The notes: generated by a model from the sequence alone, not told the origin. 49,103 nt of DNA from Chara braunii (GCA_003427395.1 BFEA01000018.1:1832956-1882058); one strand, 5' to 3'; numbered from the stretch's first letter, positions 13,640 through 24,920 are shown. A program made the numbers and translations.

Positions 13640-16600
13640 GGGGTCATGGTATGTGGACCGGGTGGCAGCATCTTGGCTGGCCGGACCAATCCAGGGCAGG
13701 TGGGCAATGCCATGCGGGTTGGGGGGTGCAAATGACCCTGGGGAAAAAAAAAACAAAAGAAACAGAAAAGAACCGGGGCAAGGGTCATGGTATCATGGTA
13801 TGTGGACCGTTTGGCAGTATCTTGGCTGGCCGGACCAATCGGGGGAAATGGCACACGGGTTGGAGGGTGCAAATGACCCCGGGGAAGAAAAACAAAAGAA
13901 ACAGAGAAGAACCCATGTAATGGTACAGTCGTCAACTGTTGATCCGATCAAGAATGCACGAAAGTGAATTAATTAAGCTCTTTCACGCCCCCTTTCGGAA
14001 CAGCACGAGGACTCGAGCACTTGACTGGTCGGTGATGGTAATGCTGCTTGTCTACAGCCAGGCCTCCTCTGGCCAGCCAGGCCGCTCTGCTTTGTGAGCC
14101 TCTCCCCTGCCAGGCCGTTCTGCTATGTACTTCCGTTCCAACATGCCCGGGTTGCTCACGGCCATGGATTGAGGGCTATGGATTCTAAACAGTTGGTGCG
14201 TATACAGACTGGGCTGACGATGAAAAGAAGTCCGTCTGTGGGGAAGTGAGGAAGGATGTGAGGGCCATCGGACTGGCCTAACTACACTGCTCGCATCTGC
14301 ACAAAAAACACGTATCTGCCCACGTTCTAGAGGAAGATTTGTTTTCATTTTGCTCATTTGGTGCGCGTAGTGTAGTGAGGCCTATTCCTTCATCTGGTCG
14401 CGTCACATGGCGGCGTATCTGCCCATAATAATTCTCATATTTCACATTCGGCGAGTAGTGGAGCGAGGCTCATTCCTTGATCTGACAGAGTACGGATTCG
14501 AACTTCGGGTTGTATACAGGCTGGCTGGGCCTCAAAGCCTGAGGCAGGCTTAGCATGGGTTTGTCTGTGTTCCTTGTGTTTTAAAGACGACGTGCTTTGT
14601 TAGATGACTGTGTAGCGAGGCATGCTGGGCACAATTTGCAGCAACACATCGCTCCTTTGGAAGACCTCTGTTCTGAAGTGGGCGCCTAATCTCCTTCCTG
14701 TATTGGTGCTGACCTGATACAGAGGCTGACCAGGTTGGAGGGGTACAGGCTTATCGTCTTTGTCAGCAGATGAGGGCTCAGTCCACGTCGTTACGGCAGC
14801 TTGCTGAGTTATTTCCATGATGGTGATTTTACTTGCGTTGGTGATGTGATGTCGAATGTAAATCAGCTATGTGGTGTCCTCTAATCAACTGGGACTGAGC
14901 TCTGGGCGTAGTAGCGGTCGTATACACGTAGGTCTGGCTGTAGTAACATGGCAACGACATCCAGGAAGGTCCTTGGCCGAGTATGCCCTCAGCGTTGGGG
15001 AGCTAGATGTGCAGATCCACTTAGCTGCTCCTGTAGCACATGTATGTGCCAAGTGGAGAGTTGTCCGGTGACATGCTGACGAGTAATCGTGTTGCATAAG
15101 CTGTGTGGTGGTAATGCTGCCGTCTTCCCCTGAGTAAAACAGTGTGGCCATTGTCTTTGTACCCAGACTGAAAGTGGTCCCCAATGCAGTGATAATGACT
15201 GTGAGCCCTATTCGGGGGAAGATGGAGCAGCACTGTTTCATGCCGTCTTCCCTGTATTCTCTGTGTTCGTCTCTGCTTGTGAAATTGTGCGTGAGGCTAA
15301 CATCCTGAGTGATTCCCTCTTCGTGGTGTTGGTTTTTGCGATGGGGTCTCTTTCGGTTGGAACACCCATGGTTCCCCTACCGTTCTTCCTCCCACCCTTT
15401 TTCTTTATTCTACTGCGCTACACCACTCTGGGTTGGCTACTCCCATCCCGTCTTCCATGTTCCTTTTCCCTTCCTCTTCCCTTTCCTCTTTTTCTTTATT
15501 GTACTGCGGTTGGGGTTGTCTTGATTACAGAGCAAGCAGAGTCGCCATCTTTGGGTAGGCGGCGTATCAAGTTCGGTGACCCGCGAGCAGCTTCATGCCG
15601 AGTTTGAGAGGTTTGGGCAGCTGGAAGATGTGAAGTTCCTACGAGACCGGAATTGTGCGTTTATCGACTTCATTAATCAAGAAGATGCGGTGTCTGCTGT
15701 CGAGGCGTTAAACGGGAAGAAGTTTGGAGACGATCATCTACGAGTAGATTATGGGAGAACTCTACCGTCTCGTCATCAGAGGGTTAGATATTGCGGCGTC
15801 CCTCTTCTCTCCCCCTTTTCCTCCCTCTCCTCCTTCCTCCCTCTCCTCCTTCCTCCCTCTAATGTCCTTTGTCTCCTTGCGCCTTTTCTTTCCTTCTCTA
15901 TTTCAACAGAGAGCTCTCTATTTTGCTTAACGCAAATTGAGGATTGTTGTCATCGCTAACCATCAACCAATTCATGTGGTGCCCAGACCGTTCGGAATGT
16001 TTTTTTTGTTAACATACGTTTTGTTTTTGCTCGACTTTCTGTTCTTTCCACTGTGCACAGTGTCTAGGTGTCTGTTACTTGAATCCAGCTCCTACGATAA
16101 CCCGTAGTGAAAATTTTGGGTCTGTCTGTCTGTTTGCCTCTCAGTTGCACTCCCAGTGTGTGTGATTTGATTCTAACCATGTAAAACAGAACCCCAATTA
16201 TAAGCTTTTATGCGACATGTCGCTTTCAGTGCGTCCATTGTTCGGGGACTGTCTAGGAGTTTCAGGAATTCCTCCGGGTCTTGGATTGTGTGACTCAACT
16301 GTTCTGCAACACGTGGATGGAAGAATCGTCTCGTATATCAGACCGATTGTTGTCTAGATGGTTATGTACATTCTGGCAGAGTCATTTCTGAAAAATACGA
16401 GGCAAAGTGGCCTACGTGACAGTCAATCCTCCTCTAAGGAGTAATCAGGGCTGGTCAAGGATCCTTCAGCCAAACGAAAGGAGGTTGTGAGGGTGTTCAC
16501 CATGTATTCATTTTTGACTTGCCGGGGGAGAAGGAACCGTACTGACGCTCTCCTGAATGGACAAGGAGCCAGGACCATAAGGACCAGTTATTTGAAAAAA

Positions 16601-19600
16601 CAAAAACAAAAAAAAAAACCAGAATTGAAGATCAATGTTTACACTCTGTGTAAGTCCACTGTGAATGCTTATACGAGCTAACCATTTGCTTCGAACGCAA
16701 CTTCCCACCTTTTGCTCTTTTCACACCTTTCTATCCACACCTCTCTGTTCTAACCTGCTCGCTCATCTCCCTTACCTTTTGTTGGTCGACCTTTATTGGT
16801 CTTTTGGTCAATAGTTTTTTCTCCACCCCTGCGGTTCACACCTTCTCTTCCTCCACCACCTCTCCTTTTCCTCCTCCATTCCTTTCCCTCGATGGCTCCT
16901 GGTCAACCTCGCCGGTTTGGTTGCAGTTGGAACACATAGGTGAGGTGAAGAGTGTGCTTATGAGGTGGCTGTGCTTCTTCTGTTTTATAAGCTGCAGTTC
17001 CATGTCGGTTTATGTGCTCAAGGTGACAAGGTATTGCACTTAGAGTAGGATAGCGCTCTTTCCAGATAGAGAAACAGAATGTACTGGACGCAATGAATGA
17101 TAAGAGGGGAAACGGCTGGCTTAACATGTGATGGTTGTTGGGAAACCTTTCGGACGGGGTATATCGGTATGATTGAATCTTGTATTCCAAGCTGGTATTT
17201 CCCTGTTGGGTGGCACTGTGGGTCACTGAATCGGTCTTGCTTGGCTGAATCTGGTATTTCCCTGTTGGGTGGCACTGTGGGTCACTGAGTCGGTCTTGCT
17301 TGGCTGAATCCTCCGCAGGAAGGTCGCGGGGCTCGATATGGCAGTTATGATGACCGCTTCCCTCCACAGAGGGATCACGGGTTCTCCTATCAGGTCTGCT
17401 TCACCATCTCTGGTAGATTGAAATGTGAAATTATAAGTGTATGTATGGATCTGCAGCTAAAGAATGGTAATACTAAGTGCCAATGATGTCAACCATGTGG
17501 CAATCTGGTGAAATGGCCCTGGGTCTATGTAGTTTATTCTCAATTTCAGCCTGCGCTTTTTCAGTCCAATGCTGCTTTTTTATGCCTTTTTCAACCGATT
17601 GGTGATCTTCCATTCGACTCAAAAACGATCTCGCCTGTCCATAAAGTGTGTAGCTATTTTGACTTTCAGCTGTGTTACAAATGAGGCCGCCCCTGTCACC
17701 TTGGTTGCCTGGGCGGCATAAAGTGTGTAGCTATTTTGACTTTCAGCTGTGTTACAAATGAGGCTGCCCCTGTCACCTTGGTTGCCTGGGCGGCTGCCTG
17801 GCTGGGCAAGGGCCAGGGAATGCCGCTGTTAAAACAAAGGAAAAAAGAATTCCGAAAAAAAAACTATGTTGTGTAGAAAAAAAACTGAATATATATTTTG
17901 CCTCAGAGTCACATTGGCATTCTTTTCTTCGGCAAACTAATATATCCTGATGAGTCGGTGAAACTCCGAGGAAACAGTTTGCCACAGCCCCTCGTTTGTT
18001 GTCCTCTTCTCCCTCTCTGCCGTTAGTGTTTCACGGTCGCCACCTTCTTAGTGTTTCACGGTCGCCACCTTCTTTTCTTCTCCCTCCTTGCCCATGAAAC
18101 ACTAACGAGTGGCAAACTCGTTAGTGTTTCACGGTCGCCACCTTCTTATCCCTCGTTTGTTGTCCTCTTCTCCCTCTCTCCTGAAACCACAAGTACCTTG
18201 CCCATGCAAGCTTGAGTGACCCGGCTTTCAGACCTGTCCCTCAAGGCAGCACCTCGTGAATGGAGGGCGACCAAATGCGCATGCTTCTAAATTTCCAAGA
18301 AGAGGTAAAACTGCGCTTTCTCCTCTTCCTTCCGATGCCCATGGGGGCTAAATATGCGGGGCTTTAAAAAAAAAAATGATGTGATGCTTTGACAGCGTGT
18401 GTGCATATGCACCTATGGACACAAGCGTACACTCGCGAGGGGCCCCATTTTGCAGTTCGCAACTTTCGACTAGTGGGTTGTATATCAAATGATGCACTGC
18501 TTTTGTCAAGGGGTACTTGGATTGCAGTGTTGATGCAAGCTAATGTGCCCAGCTGTCTGTAAGACGTCACTTTGCGTTGGGTTGGGTGGTGTGGGGCCGA
18601 AGACCTAAAGTGAGTCCAATTTTGAGAGAGTGTTGAGGTTCAAGTTCGTGACGCATTGCGGAAAGTCCACTGAATCTCTCTCTGTCTCTCTCAAAGTTGT
18701 GTGTGATGATGGGTGAGGGAGTGTTTCACTGTAGTGATAGCAACCACTTCTGGTGACGATGAACATGCCATCTCAGCTGTAAAGTGTGAACGAGTGCCAA
18801 CGGGAATCCATAACTGTGGGCAAGTTCTACAATTCTAGCTGGATTGTAAGGACTGCCAATGTGAATCGATAACTGCAGTCAAGGTGGTGCGTCTGATGAT
18901 CTGTGTGTGCGCCATGGCGCATGCTTAAAGCAGCCTACGGACCATCAAAAGTTATCGAAACTGTATAGAATTCTGTCTAAAAAGCAGATGAAGCAGGCGC
19001 GGAAGAAAATGATTATGAGTTGATGAAATTGAGAATGGGCCTAGTTCAGTTGTGTACACCCATTATTACTAACTGTTGAAACACAAACCTGAGTACACGG
19101 AGTTCAAATTCAGATGAAAGTAGATGAATGAAATCAAAGTATTCTGAATTACCTGGGGCTGGTCAGTTCAATAGTACGTCAACGCGATTGCCCTTTCTTT
19201 CTTTTTTTCCCCCTCTTGAAATGGAGTGTATAGAAGCGGGAAGCACATTGTGCATGTGAAAGTGAAATGAGCACTGCAGATTTTGAATGTGATCGTAATA
19301 ATGGGCACAGTGGGAATGAATTCCGTTGGCTTGCCCTGGTTGTGTTACATTCCATGTAATTTCAATGGGCTGCTGGGATGAGTGAGCTGTTTGAAGGGTA
19401 CGTGATGAGAGCAACAATTTCTCAGTTTTTGTGGTGTGCTGGCTGCTAACAAACCGGATCTATCCATCAAAAACTAGTCCACTGTCGGGTGGTGGTGTGC
19501 TCTTCGGAATAGTAGCAGATTTTTAAGAACGTATGTATCATTATTGATAGAGGACCCGAGACTGTGAAGAGCTGTCTTCGTCTTCGTACGGATTTGAACT

Positions 19601-22098
19601 GATGGATGGGATATCGTTCTTTGTCCTCTGATGGTTGTGTGATATCGATTGTGTCAGGGGGGCCGCGGTGGCAGCGAAGATGTGCCTAGTTCGTGCTTGT
19701 GGGTTGGCTTCCCCGAGACTCTGAAAGTCACCGAGGATGGCCTTCGGGAGTCATTCAGTCCATTTGGTGATATTGAAAGGGTGAAGACTTTCTCTGGTAG
19801 GACTTACGCCTTTGTGCAGTTCACAAACATAGAGTGTGCGAGAGTGGCGAAGGATGCTCTGAATGGGAAGCTTTTCAATGATCCGCGGGTGGACATTCGC
19901 TTCTCCAAGAGTGAGATTCAACCTGTAACAGAGAATGGACGGGGGTACGATCGGTTTGGCGATGGGGGTCGAGGAATGGGCCCAGGTAGTGGTAGGCACA
20001 TGGGCACAGATATGAGAAGGGGAGAGTCTCCAATGCTTGCTCCTGGAGGAGGCATGAGTGGAGGGCCTATGGCCTTAGGAAGTCGTGGACCCATGGGTGA
20101 TCGTTTTGCAGCTGGTGGCATTGGTCGTGGAGTTGGGATGGGATCGGGAATGAGGCCAGGTAGCCCTGGGATGCGTGGATCTGCACAGGGTATGGGACCT
20201 GGTCCGGGGATGGGTGTCTCTCGAAGTGTGGGGGTGGAGCGGGGCATGGGTCCAGGCAGAGGCATGGGGCCTGGGATGGGAATGGGACCGGGTCGTGGAA
20301 TGGGTCCGGGTGGCATGGAGGATATGGATTTTGGGCCCGGTCCAGGTAGGGACGGAAGGATGAGACCCGGTCATCCGGATGAGGGTTTTGCACAAATGGA
20401 TGATCTCTCACCACGGGAGCCGAAGAGGATACGGTTGGCAGGGGGGTATGGTGCCATGGCTCGTCCAGACATGAATATAGCAGAGAGGCCGTACGATGGA
20501 TTTGATGGCCAACCACGTGTATTTGGCCCTGGACCAGGGTCGGAGGGCGACGGAGCTTATGACCATGGAGTGGGAATGGGGCCTGGTCCTATGGTTGGAC
20601 GAGGGGGTGGAATGCCCCCCCCTAATGTGGGACCAAGGCCCCTTGGCACTGGTGATGATGGAGGAGCACGAGCTGCTGCGGGTATGACTATGGGTGGTGT
20701 TCCCGGAATGCAAATGGGACCCAGTGGCCCGGTTGGGCCTCGACCCCCAGGTCCCATGGCTGGAGTACCAGGTGGTCCACCAGCAGGCCATGTACAAGCT
20801 GTCCCATCAGGTCCTCCTGGGTTCAGCCAGATGGATGGTCCACGCCCGTCCTCAGCAGGGATGCAGGTCGGTCCTAGGCCCGGTGCAGTGCCTCCCATGG
20901 GTGGTAATGTTTCTGGGGGACCTCAAGCGGGTAATATGGATATGGGAGTTCGACCAGTGTTTGTTCCCGCATCAAATGTAAGGCCAGAGAGAGGTGCTTG
21001 GGGAAGTGTTTTTAGTGACAACATCAGATGGAGTGGTACGATTGCCAAGTCGGGGACTCCCGTTTGTCGTGCACGCTGTTTCGCCATCGGCAAGGGAATT
21101 GATTCTGTCATGTAAGTACCCATCATAAACAGTGGCCTCATTATCAGCATCTGCAGCCTCGTTGCTTTCTTATTCCCCTCTCTCCATGTCGAGGTCTGTT
21201 TGTTTTCTCCTCTTGTTTATGCCCTGTAACTGAACAGGGCATAAACTTCAAAGGACTCTGTTTGTTTTGCTTAACTTCATGACTACTAAGGGCAGGCTTG
21301 ATTTTCACATCCATTTGTGTTTCGTTCCACCTCTCGAAGTTCTCCTTTTTGGCATTGATATTGTGGCTGCTGTGCTCTTTTTGCCACTGATGTTTTTGCA
21401 GACCGGATATTGTCAACTGAACAGCAAGAACCGATTTGGAGACTCATGTAATGCTTTCCCTCTGCATGTTGGGGACTTCCATGAGTAAGGGCAGGTTTGG
21501 CTTTCACTTCAAGTCCATGTGTGTTCTGTTCCACTTCGGTTTTGTCACTGATATCGTGGCTCGTACGTTTTTTTTGCCGCGGATGTTCTTGCAGACCTGA
21601 TATTGTCAATTGCACGGCGAGAACGGATTTGGACACTCTTGCGAAACACGTTACCACTGCTGTAGATTTTGGTGTGGTGTACTTCCTGCCAGAGAGCGAG
21701 CCAGACATGCCGCCATATCAGGACTTCATGCATTATCTCGGAGAGAAACGTAGAGCTGGGGTGGCGAAGTTTGCAGATAACACAACCATGTTCCTTGTGC
21801 CACCATCTGATTTCTCAGCACAGGTGCTAAAAGTCAGTCAGTCAGACTGCCTGTTTGGGGTGGTCCTGAAGTTCTCTCCTCAACCAATTATGCAGCAGCA
21901 GCAGCAACAACAGCAACAACAACAACAACCACAGCAAACAGCACAAATGCAGGCAATGCAGCCACCATCGCAGCAACAGCAGGTAGCACAGCCGATGGCA
22001 GTGCAGCAGGCACAGCAGCAGCAGCAGCACATGCAGTCATTGCAAATGAGGGCTGGGGTTGGGGGGGCAGGTGCAATTCAGCAACAGATGTCAGCAAT

Positions 22099-22150
<52 letters not shown>

Positions 22151-23553
22151 TACGGTCCTCAACAGCAGCAGCAGGTGGCACCTGGTCAGCATGTGCTCCA
22201 AGCGGCAGGGGCAGCAATGCCAGAGTCCTTTGGAGGGCTTGCGTCTGCATTCCGGACGTTCCCAGCCAGTCAAATGCCGCAGCAGCAAATGCAGCAGCCA
22301 CAGCAACAACAGCAGCCTCAGCAGCAGCTCCATCAGCTGCAACAGCCCATGGCTCAGCAGCATCAGCAGGCGCAGCAGAGTCAAATGGCCTTGCAGCAGC
22401 AGCAACAGCAGGCCCAACAACAGCAGCAACCACTCACAGGACCTGTAATGCAAGGTGCGGTTGGACAACCTCAATTGGCGCCTTTTATTCCGGGTCTCTC
22501 ACAAGAGATCCTTGCATCCTTGACCGCACTCCTTCCACAGGCACATCCGCAATCGCAGGGGCAATATGTCCCGTCTAACCAAGCCTTAGTGGCTGGTGGG
22601 ATGGCTGCTGCTGCTACTGGCCATGTACCTGTCTCAGTCCAAGGTGGCACGATATCTTCCACAGCTATTGCCAATGTATCAGGGGCTGCTTCTCCAACAA
22701 TGCAATCCATAGCAGCGTCGGCAGCAACACCCCCTGGCTTCCACCCAGTTGGTCCTCTTGGTCCTATACCTTTACGCATGACAGGAAATATGCTAGGCCT
22801 TGGGCTTGCAGGCTTTCCGCCTATGCCAACAGTGCCTACTGCGGTGTCAGGAGGTGTTGACCCTAGAATGCTCTCAGCACCTCCCGGTTATGGACCATCA
22901 TCTGCAGTGCCTGGGAGCTTCGGACCAATGGGAGTACAGCATCCTTCAGGGTGGAATGTTCAGCAGGATGGTGTGGGAGGGCAGCAGCAGCAACAACCTG
23001 GAATGATGCAGGCAGTGCAACAGCAACAACAGCAGCAGATTCAACAGGCCCAACAGACACAACAGTCTCCCTTGCCGCATCAAACTCAGCATGCTGCTCA
23101 AAGCGTACATCCATCTCAGATGCCTCAGGGCCAGGCTGGTCAAAATGCTGCTGCAGGTGCCCAACCTCAGCCACAGTCAGCATCTGTTCAGCAGCAAGTT
23201 GAGCTCCAGGCTGGGCACCCGGCTGCGCAGCAGCAGCATCCTCAAGCAGTTCAGGGTAGGGGCCAGGTGCCGGTGACAGCAGGTGCAGCGACAGCGATGG
23301 CTGCTCAACTCTCACAGCAGGCGCAGACTCAGCCCCAGCAGCCACAGTCGCAGACTCAGCAGTCGGCTTCTCCTCAGGTGCACCAGAGCCAGCACCAACA
23401 GCATCACATGTCTCAACAGCAAGTGGTGGTGGGCCAGCATGGACAACAGGCAGTTGTGCAGCAGCAACCAACCAATCCACATTCACAGCAACAGTCACTT
23501 CAGGCTAGCACTCAGCAGCAGCAGCAGCAGCAGCAGCTGCAGCAACAGCAGCT

Positions 23554-23604
<51 letters not shown>

Positions 23605-23632
23605 CCAGCAGCAGCAGCAGCACCATCATCAT

Positions 23633-23667
<35 letters not shown>

Positions 23668-23695
23668 ACAGCAACAGCAACAACAGCAACAGCAA

Positions 23696-23727
<32 letters not shown>

Positions 23728-24712
23728 ACAGCTCCAGGCCTCTGCACAGCAGCAGCAAGGTCATCAGCAGGCATCTCAGCAACAAGCCGCAGGCCAGGCA
23801 CAGCAGCCTTCGTCTCAGCAACAGCAGCAGCAGCTCCAAACGGTAGCCCAATCGCAAGCTCAACCACAGCCACAGCCCCAGCAGCAACAGCAAGTCCAGG
23901 GATCACCAGGTGTAGGCCAGGTGGCTCAGCAGCCGTCAACGAGTGTTCAGCAGCAGGGAGCAATTGGACAGGCGCAGTCTTCACAGGTGCAGGCACAGCA
24001 GCAGCAGCAGCAGCCAACACTGTTTCCTCAGCAATCTGCTGCATCAAGGGGCCAAGGGGGCCAGATGGTTTCTGCCACTGCATATTCAGGGCAGGGCTAT
24101 GGTGGTGCTCCGGGATTCCCCACCGCACAGGCATCTCAGCAGCAGGCCGTCCAGTCCTCACAAATGTCCAGTCAGGCCCAGCGAGTGGTGGCACAGCCGC
24201 AGGTGTCTATGCCTGCAGCACAAACAGTCACAACACCGCCGTTGCCAGCAGCCCAACTTGCACAGCTGACAGCTCTTTTGACCCAACAGAGGCAGTCGAC
24301 GGCGCCTGTTCAGCAACTCCTGCAGCAACTTCAGAGTGTCCCACAGCAGCAGGTGACTTCGCAAAATGCAGCACAGCAGTCACAAGGACAATCTATTCCT
24401 GGAACATCAGGGCCCCAACCGACATCAAGTGCGCAATCAGCTTATGCGCAGAACTGGGCTTTGTCCATGCAGCACCAGCAGGGCCAGCAGCAGGGACAGC
24501 AGGCAGGGCAACCAGTAGCACAAGCACAGGTGGCTGCAGTCCAGTCTGCGCTCGCATCTGATCCTAGTGCTCAAGGTGGAGCAGACCAGCAGCGGCGTTT
24601 GCAGGCGACCTTACAGCTTGCCCATGCCCTTCTGCAGCAAATGCAGCAACAACAGCAACAAACGCAGCAGCAGCAGCAGCAAACAAAGGTGCAAGGGCCC
24701 TCGGAACGGTGA
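1926..24712 (+). CDS. FPA: FPA-like (Spen/RBM15 family) RNA-binding protein, 3 RRM + SPOC + Q-rich tail; join(1926..2015,2980..3336,15531..15782,17319..17393,19658..21111,21595..24712), about 1781 aa
   Basis: All five introns are GT-AG with compatible phases (0,0,0,0,2) and the total of 5346 nt is divisible by 3. Three RRMs (HLWVGNV..NYAFVNF; HLWVGGV..NCAFIDF; CLWVGFP..TYAFVQF), SPOC ([17 protein letters not shown]...[12 protein letters not shown]...[22 protein letters not shown]...FGVVLK) and C-terminal [21 protein letters not shown] resemble plant FPA as I recall it. Confidence 0.9.
2980..3336 (+). CDS. FPA: FPA-like exon 2, RRM1
   Basis: Acceptor gtgcag| ending 2979 with ctgac branch-like motif at 2940; donor GGG|gtgagt; RNP2 HLWVGNV and RNP1 RNYAFVNF. 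Confidence 0.92.
4667..4774. mobile_element. About 105-bp hairpin MITE, family A (TA-flanked, Tc1/mariner-pogo-like)
   Basis: TIR of about 35 bp: tcttcccccgaatacaacg.acggtcattatagct / agctataatgaccgtgcgttgtattcggggg.aag; TA at the right flank. Confidence 0.8.
4930..6110. repeat. About 1.2-kb C/T-rich low-complexity tract in FPA intron 2
   Basis: Nearly all pyrimidine on the + strand; generates spurious L/S/P/F-rich ORFs. Confidence 0.85.
6395..7148. repeat. Dispersed repeat: two direct copies (6395, 6756) and an inverted partial copy (about 7090-7148); further copies near 17963 and 18150
   Basis: ccgacgaaacagttt..tcacagcccc..tcgtttgttgtcctcttctccctc shared by all copies. Confidence 0.75.
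7504..7614. mobile_element. MITE family A copy
   Basis: TA|ccctcttcccccgaatagaacgcccggt ... accgggcgttctattcgg..gaagacgg|TA. Confidence 0.8.
10312..10418. mobile_element. MITE family A copy
   Basis: TA|cccccttcccccgaatacaacgcccggtcat ... atgaccgggcgttctattggggtgaagacgg|TA. Confidence 0.8.
11130..11730. repeat. Degenerate tandem repeat, about 180-bp units built from GTTGATTGG motifs
   Basis: gattgtgcgtggttgagtcgttgattggtcggtcgatccggttgattggacgg recurs near 11421 and 11602, with a weaker copy near 11235. Confidence 0.85.
11936..12963. mobile_element. Non-autonomous TIR element flanked by TTAA (about 1 kb including a gap)
   Basis: TTAA|ACCACCAGTACCTCGCC ... GGCGAGGTACTGGTGGT|TTAA, a perfect 17-bp TIR. 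Confidence 0.85.
13582..13900. repeat. Poly-G run followed by two about 150-bp direct repeats
   Basis: G-run 13582-13638; tcatggtatgtggaccg...tcttggctggccggaccaatc...gtgcaaatgaccc occurs twice. Confidence 0.8.
15531..15782 (+). CDS. FPA: FPA-like exon 3, RRM2
   Basis: Acceptor ttacag|, donor AGG|gttaga; [21 protein letters not shown]...[10 protein letters not shown]...LRVDYGR. Confidence 0.92.
16380..16618 (+). mobile_element. LINE 3' end fragment in FPA intron 3
   Basis: gacagtcaatcctcc...ggaaccgtactgacgctctcctgaatgg...ggagccaggaccataa followed by an A-rich tail; homologous to the 32530 and 31115 copies. Confidence 0.75.
17192..17309. repeat. 59-bp tandem duplication directly upstream of the exon 4 acceptor
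   Basis: ctggtatttccctgttgggtggcactgtgggtcactgaRtcggtcttgcttggctgaat x2. Confidence 0.9.
17319..17393 (+). CDS. FPA: FPA-like exon 4, 75-nt linker ([25 protein letters not shown])
   Basis: ccgcag| acceptor, CAG|gtctgc donor, open frame, phase 0/0, composition like the neighbouring coding sequence; absent from the ORF track. Confidence 0.7.
17640..17793. repeat. About 78-bp tandem duplication
   Basis: cataaagtgtgtagctatttt...ccttggttgcctgggcgg x2. Confidence 0.9.
19658..21111 (+). CDS. FPA: FPA-like exon 5: RRM3, G/P/M/R-rich linker, start of SPOC
   Basis: tgtcag| acceptor, AT|gtaagt donor (phase 2); lies within ORF 19649..21115. Confidence 0.93.
21274..21638 (+). repeat. Diverged tandem duplication of the intron-5 3' end plus exon-6 start (about 21274-21445 vs 21475-21638); upstream copy has in-frame TGA
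   Basis: gcag|accggatattgtcaacTGAacagcaagaaccgatttggagactc vs gcag|acctgatattgtcaatTGCacggcgagaacggatttggacactc; upstream intronic parts also align (taagggcagg...ttccac...tgatat.gtggct). Confidence 0.9.
21595..24712 (+). CDS. FPA: FPA-like exon 6: rest of SPOC, poly-Q low-complexity region, C-terminal motif, TGA
   Basis: ttgcag|A CCT GAT completes an Ile codon; lies within ORF 21497..24712. Confidence 0.93.
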
Positions 24713-24829
24713 ACAGTGCTTGTGTCTCTCATCTTGCATGTAAAGGTGAGTTAAATCTGAATCTCTCTCCGTGTCAATTGTTACCCCAAGAAACTTTCAA
24801 AGAGTCAGTTGCCCAAATGTCCTTTCAAA

Positions 24830-24920
24830 ATGTCTTATCCAAATGTCCTCCCTTGCGAGTCTTATCCAAATGTCCTCCCTTGTGAGTCTTATCCAATGTC
24901 CTGCCTTGTCTATGCCTTAT
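24830..24920. repeat. 27-bp tandem repeat in the putative FPA 3' UTR
   Basis: gtcttatccaaatgtcctcccttgYga x about 3. Confidence 0.8.

Noticed and set aside
13438-13935. Poly-Pro and poly-Gly ORFs
   Set aside because: Translation of the poly-G run, whose length may itself be a sequencing artefact.
14050-15250. Minus-strand ORF fragments in intron 2
   Set aside because: No recognisable motif; possibly an old TE relic, but unsupported.
19751-24364. Antisense and alternative-frame ORFs over exons 5-6
   Set aside because: Shadows of GC-rich and CAG-repeat coding sequence.
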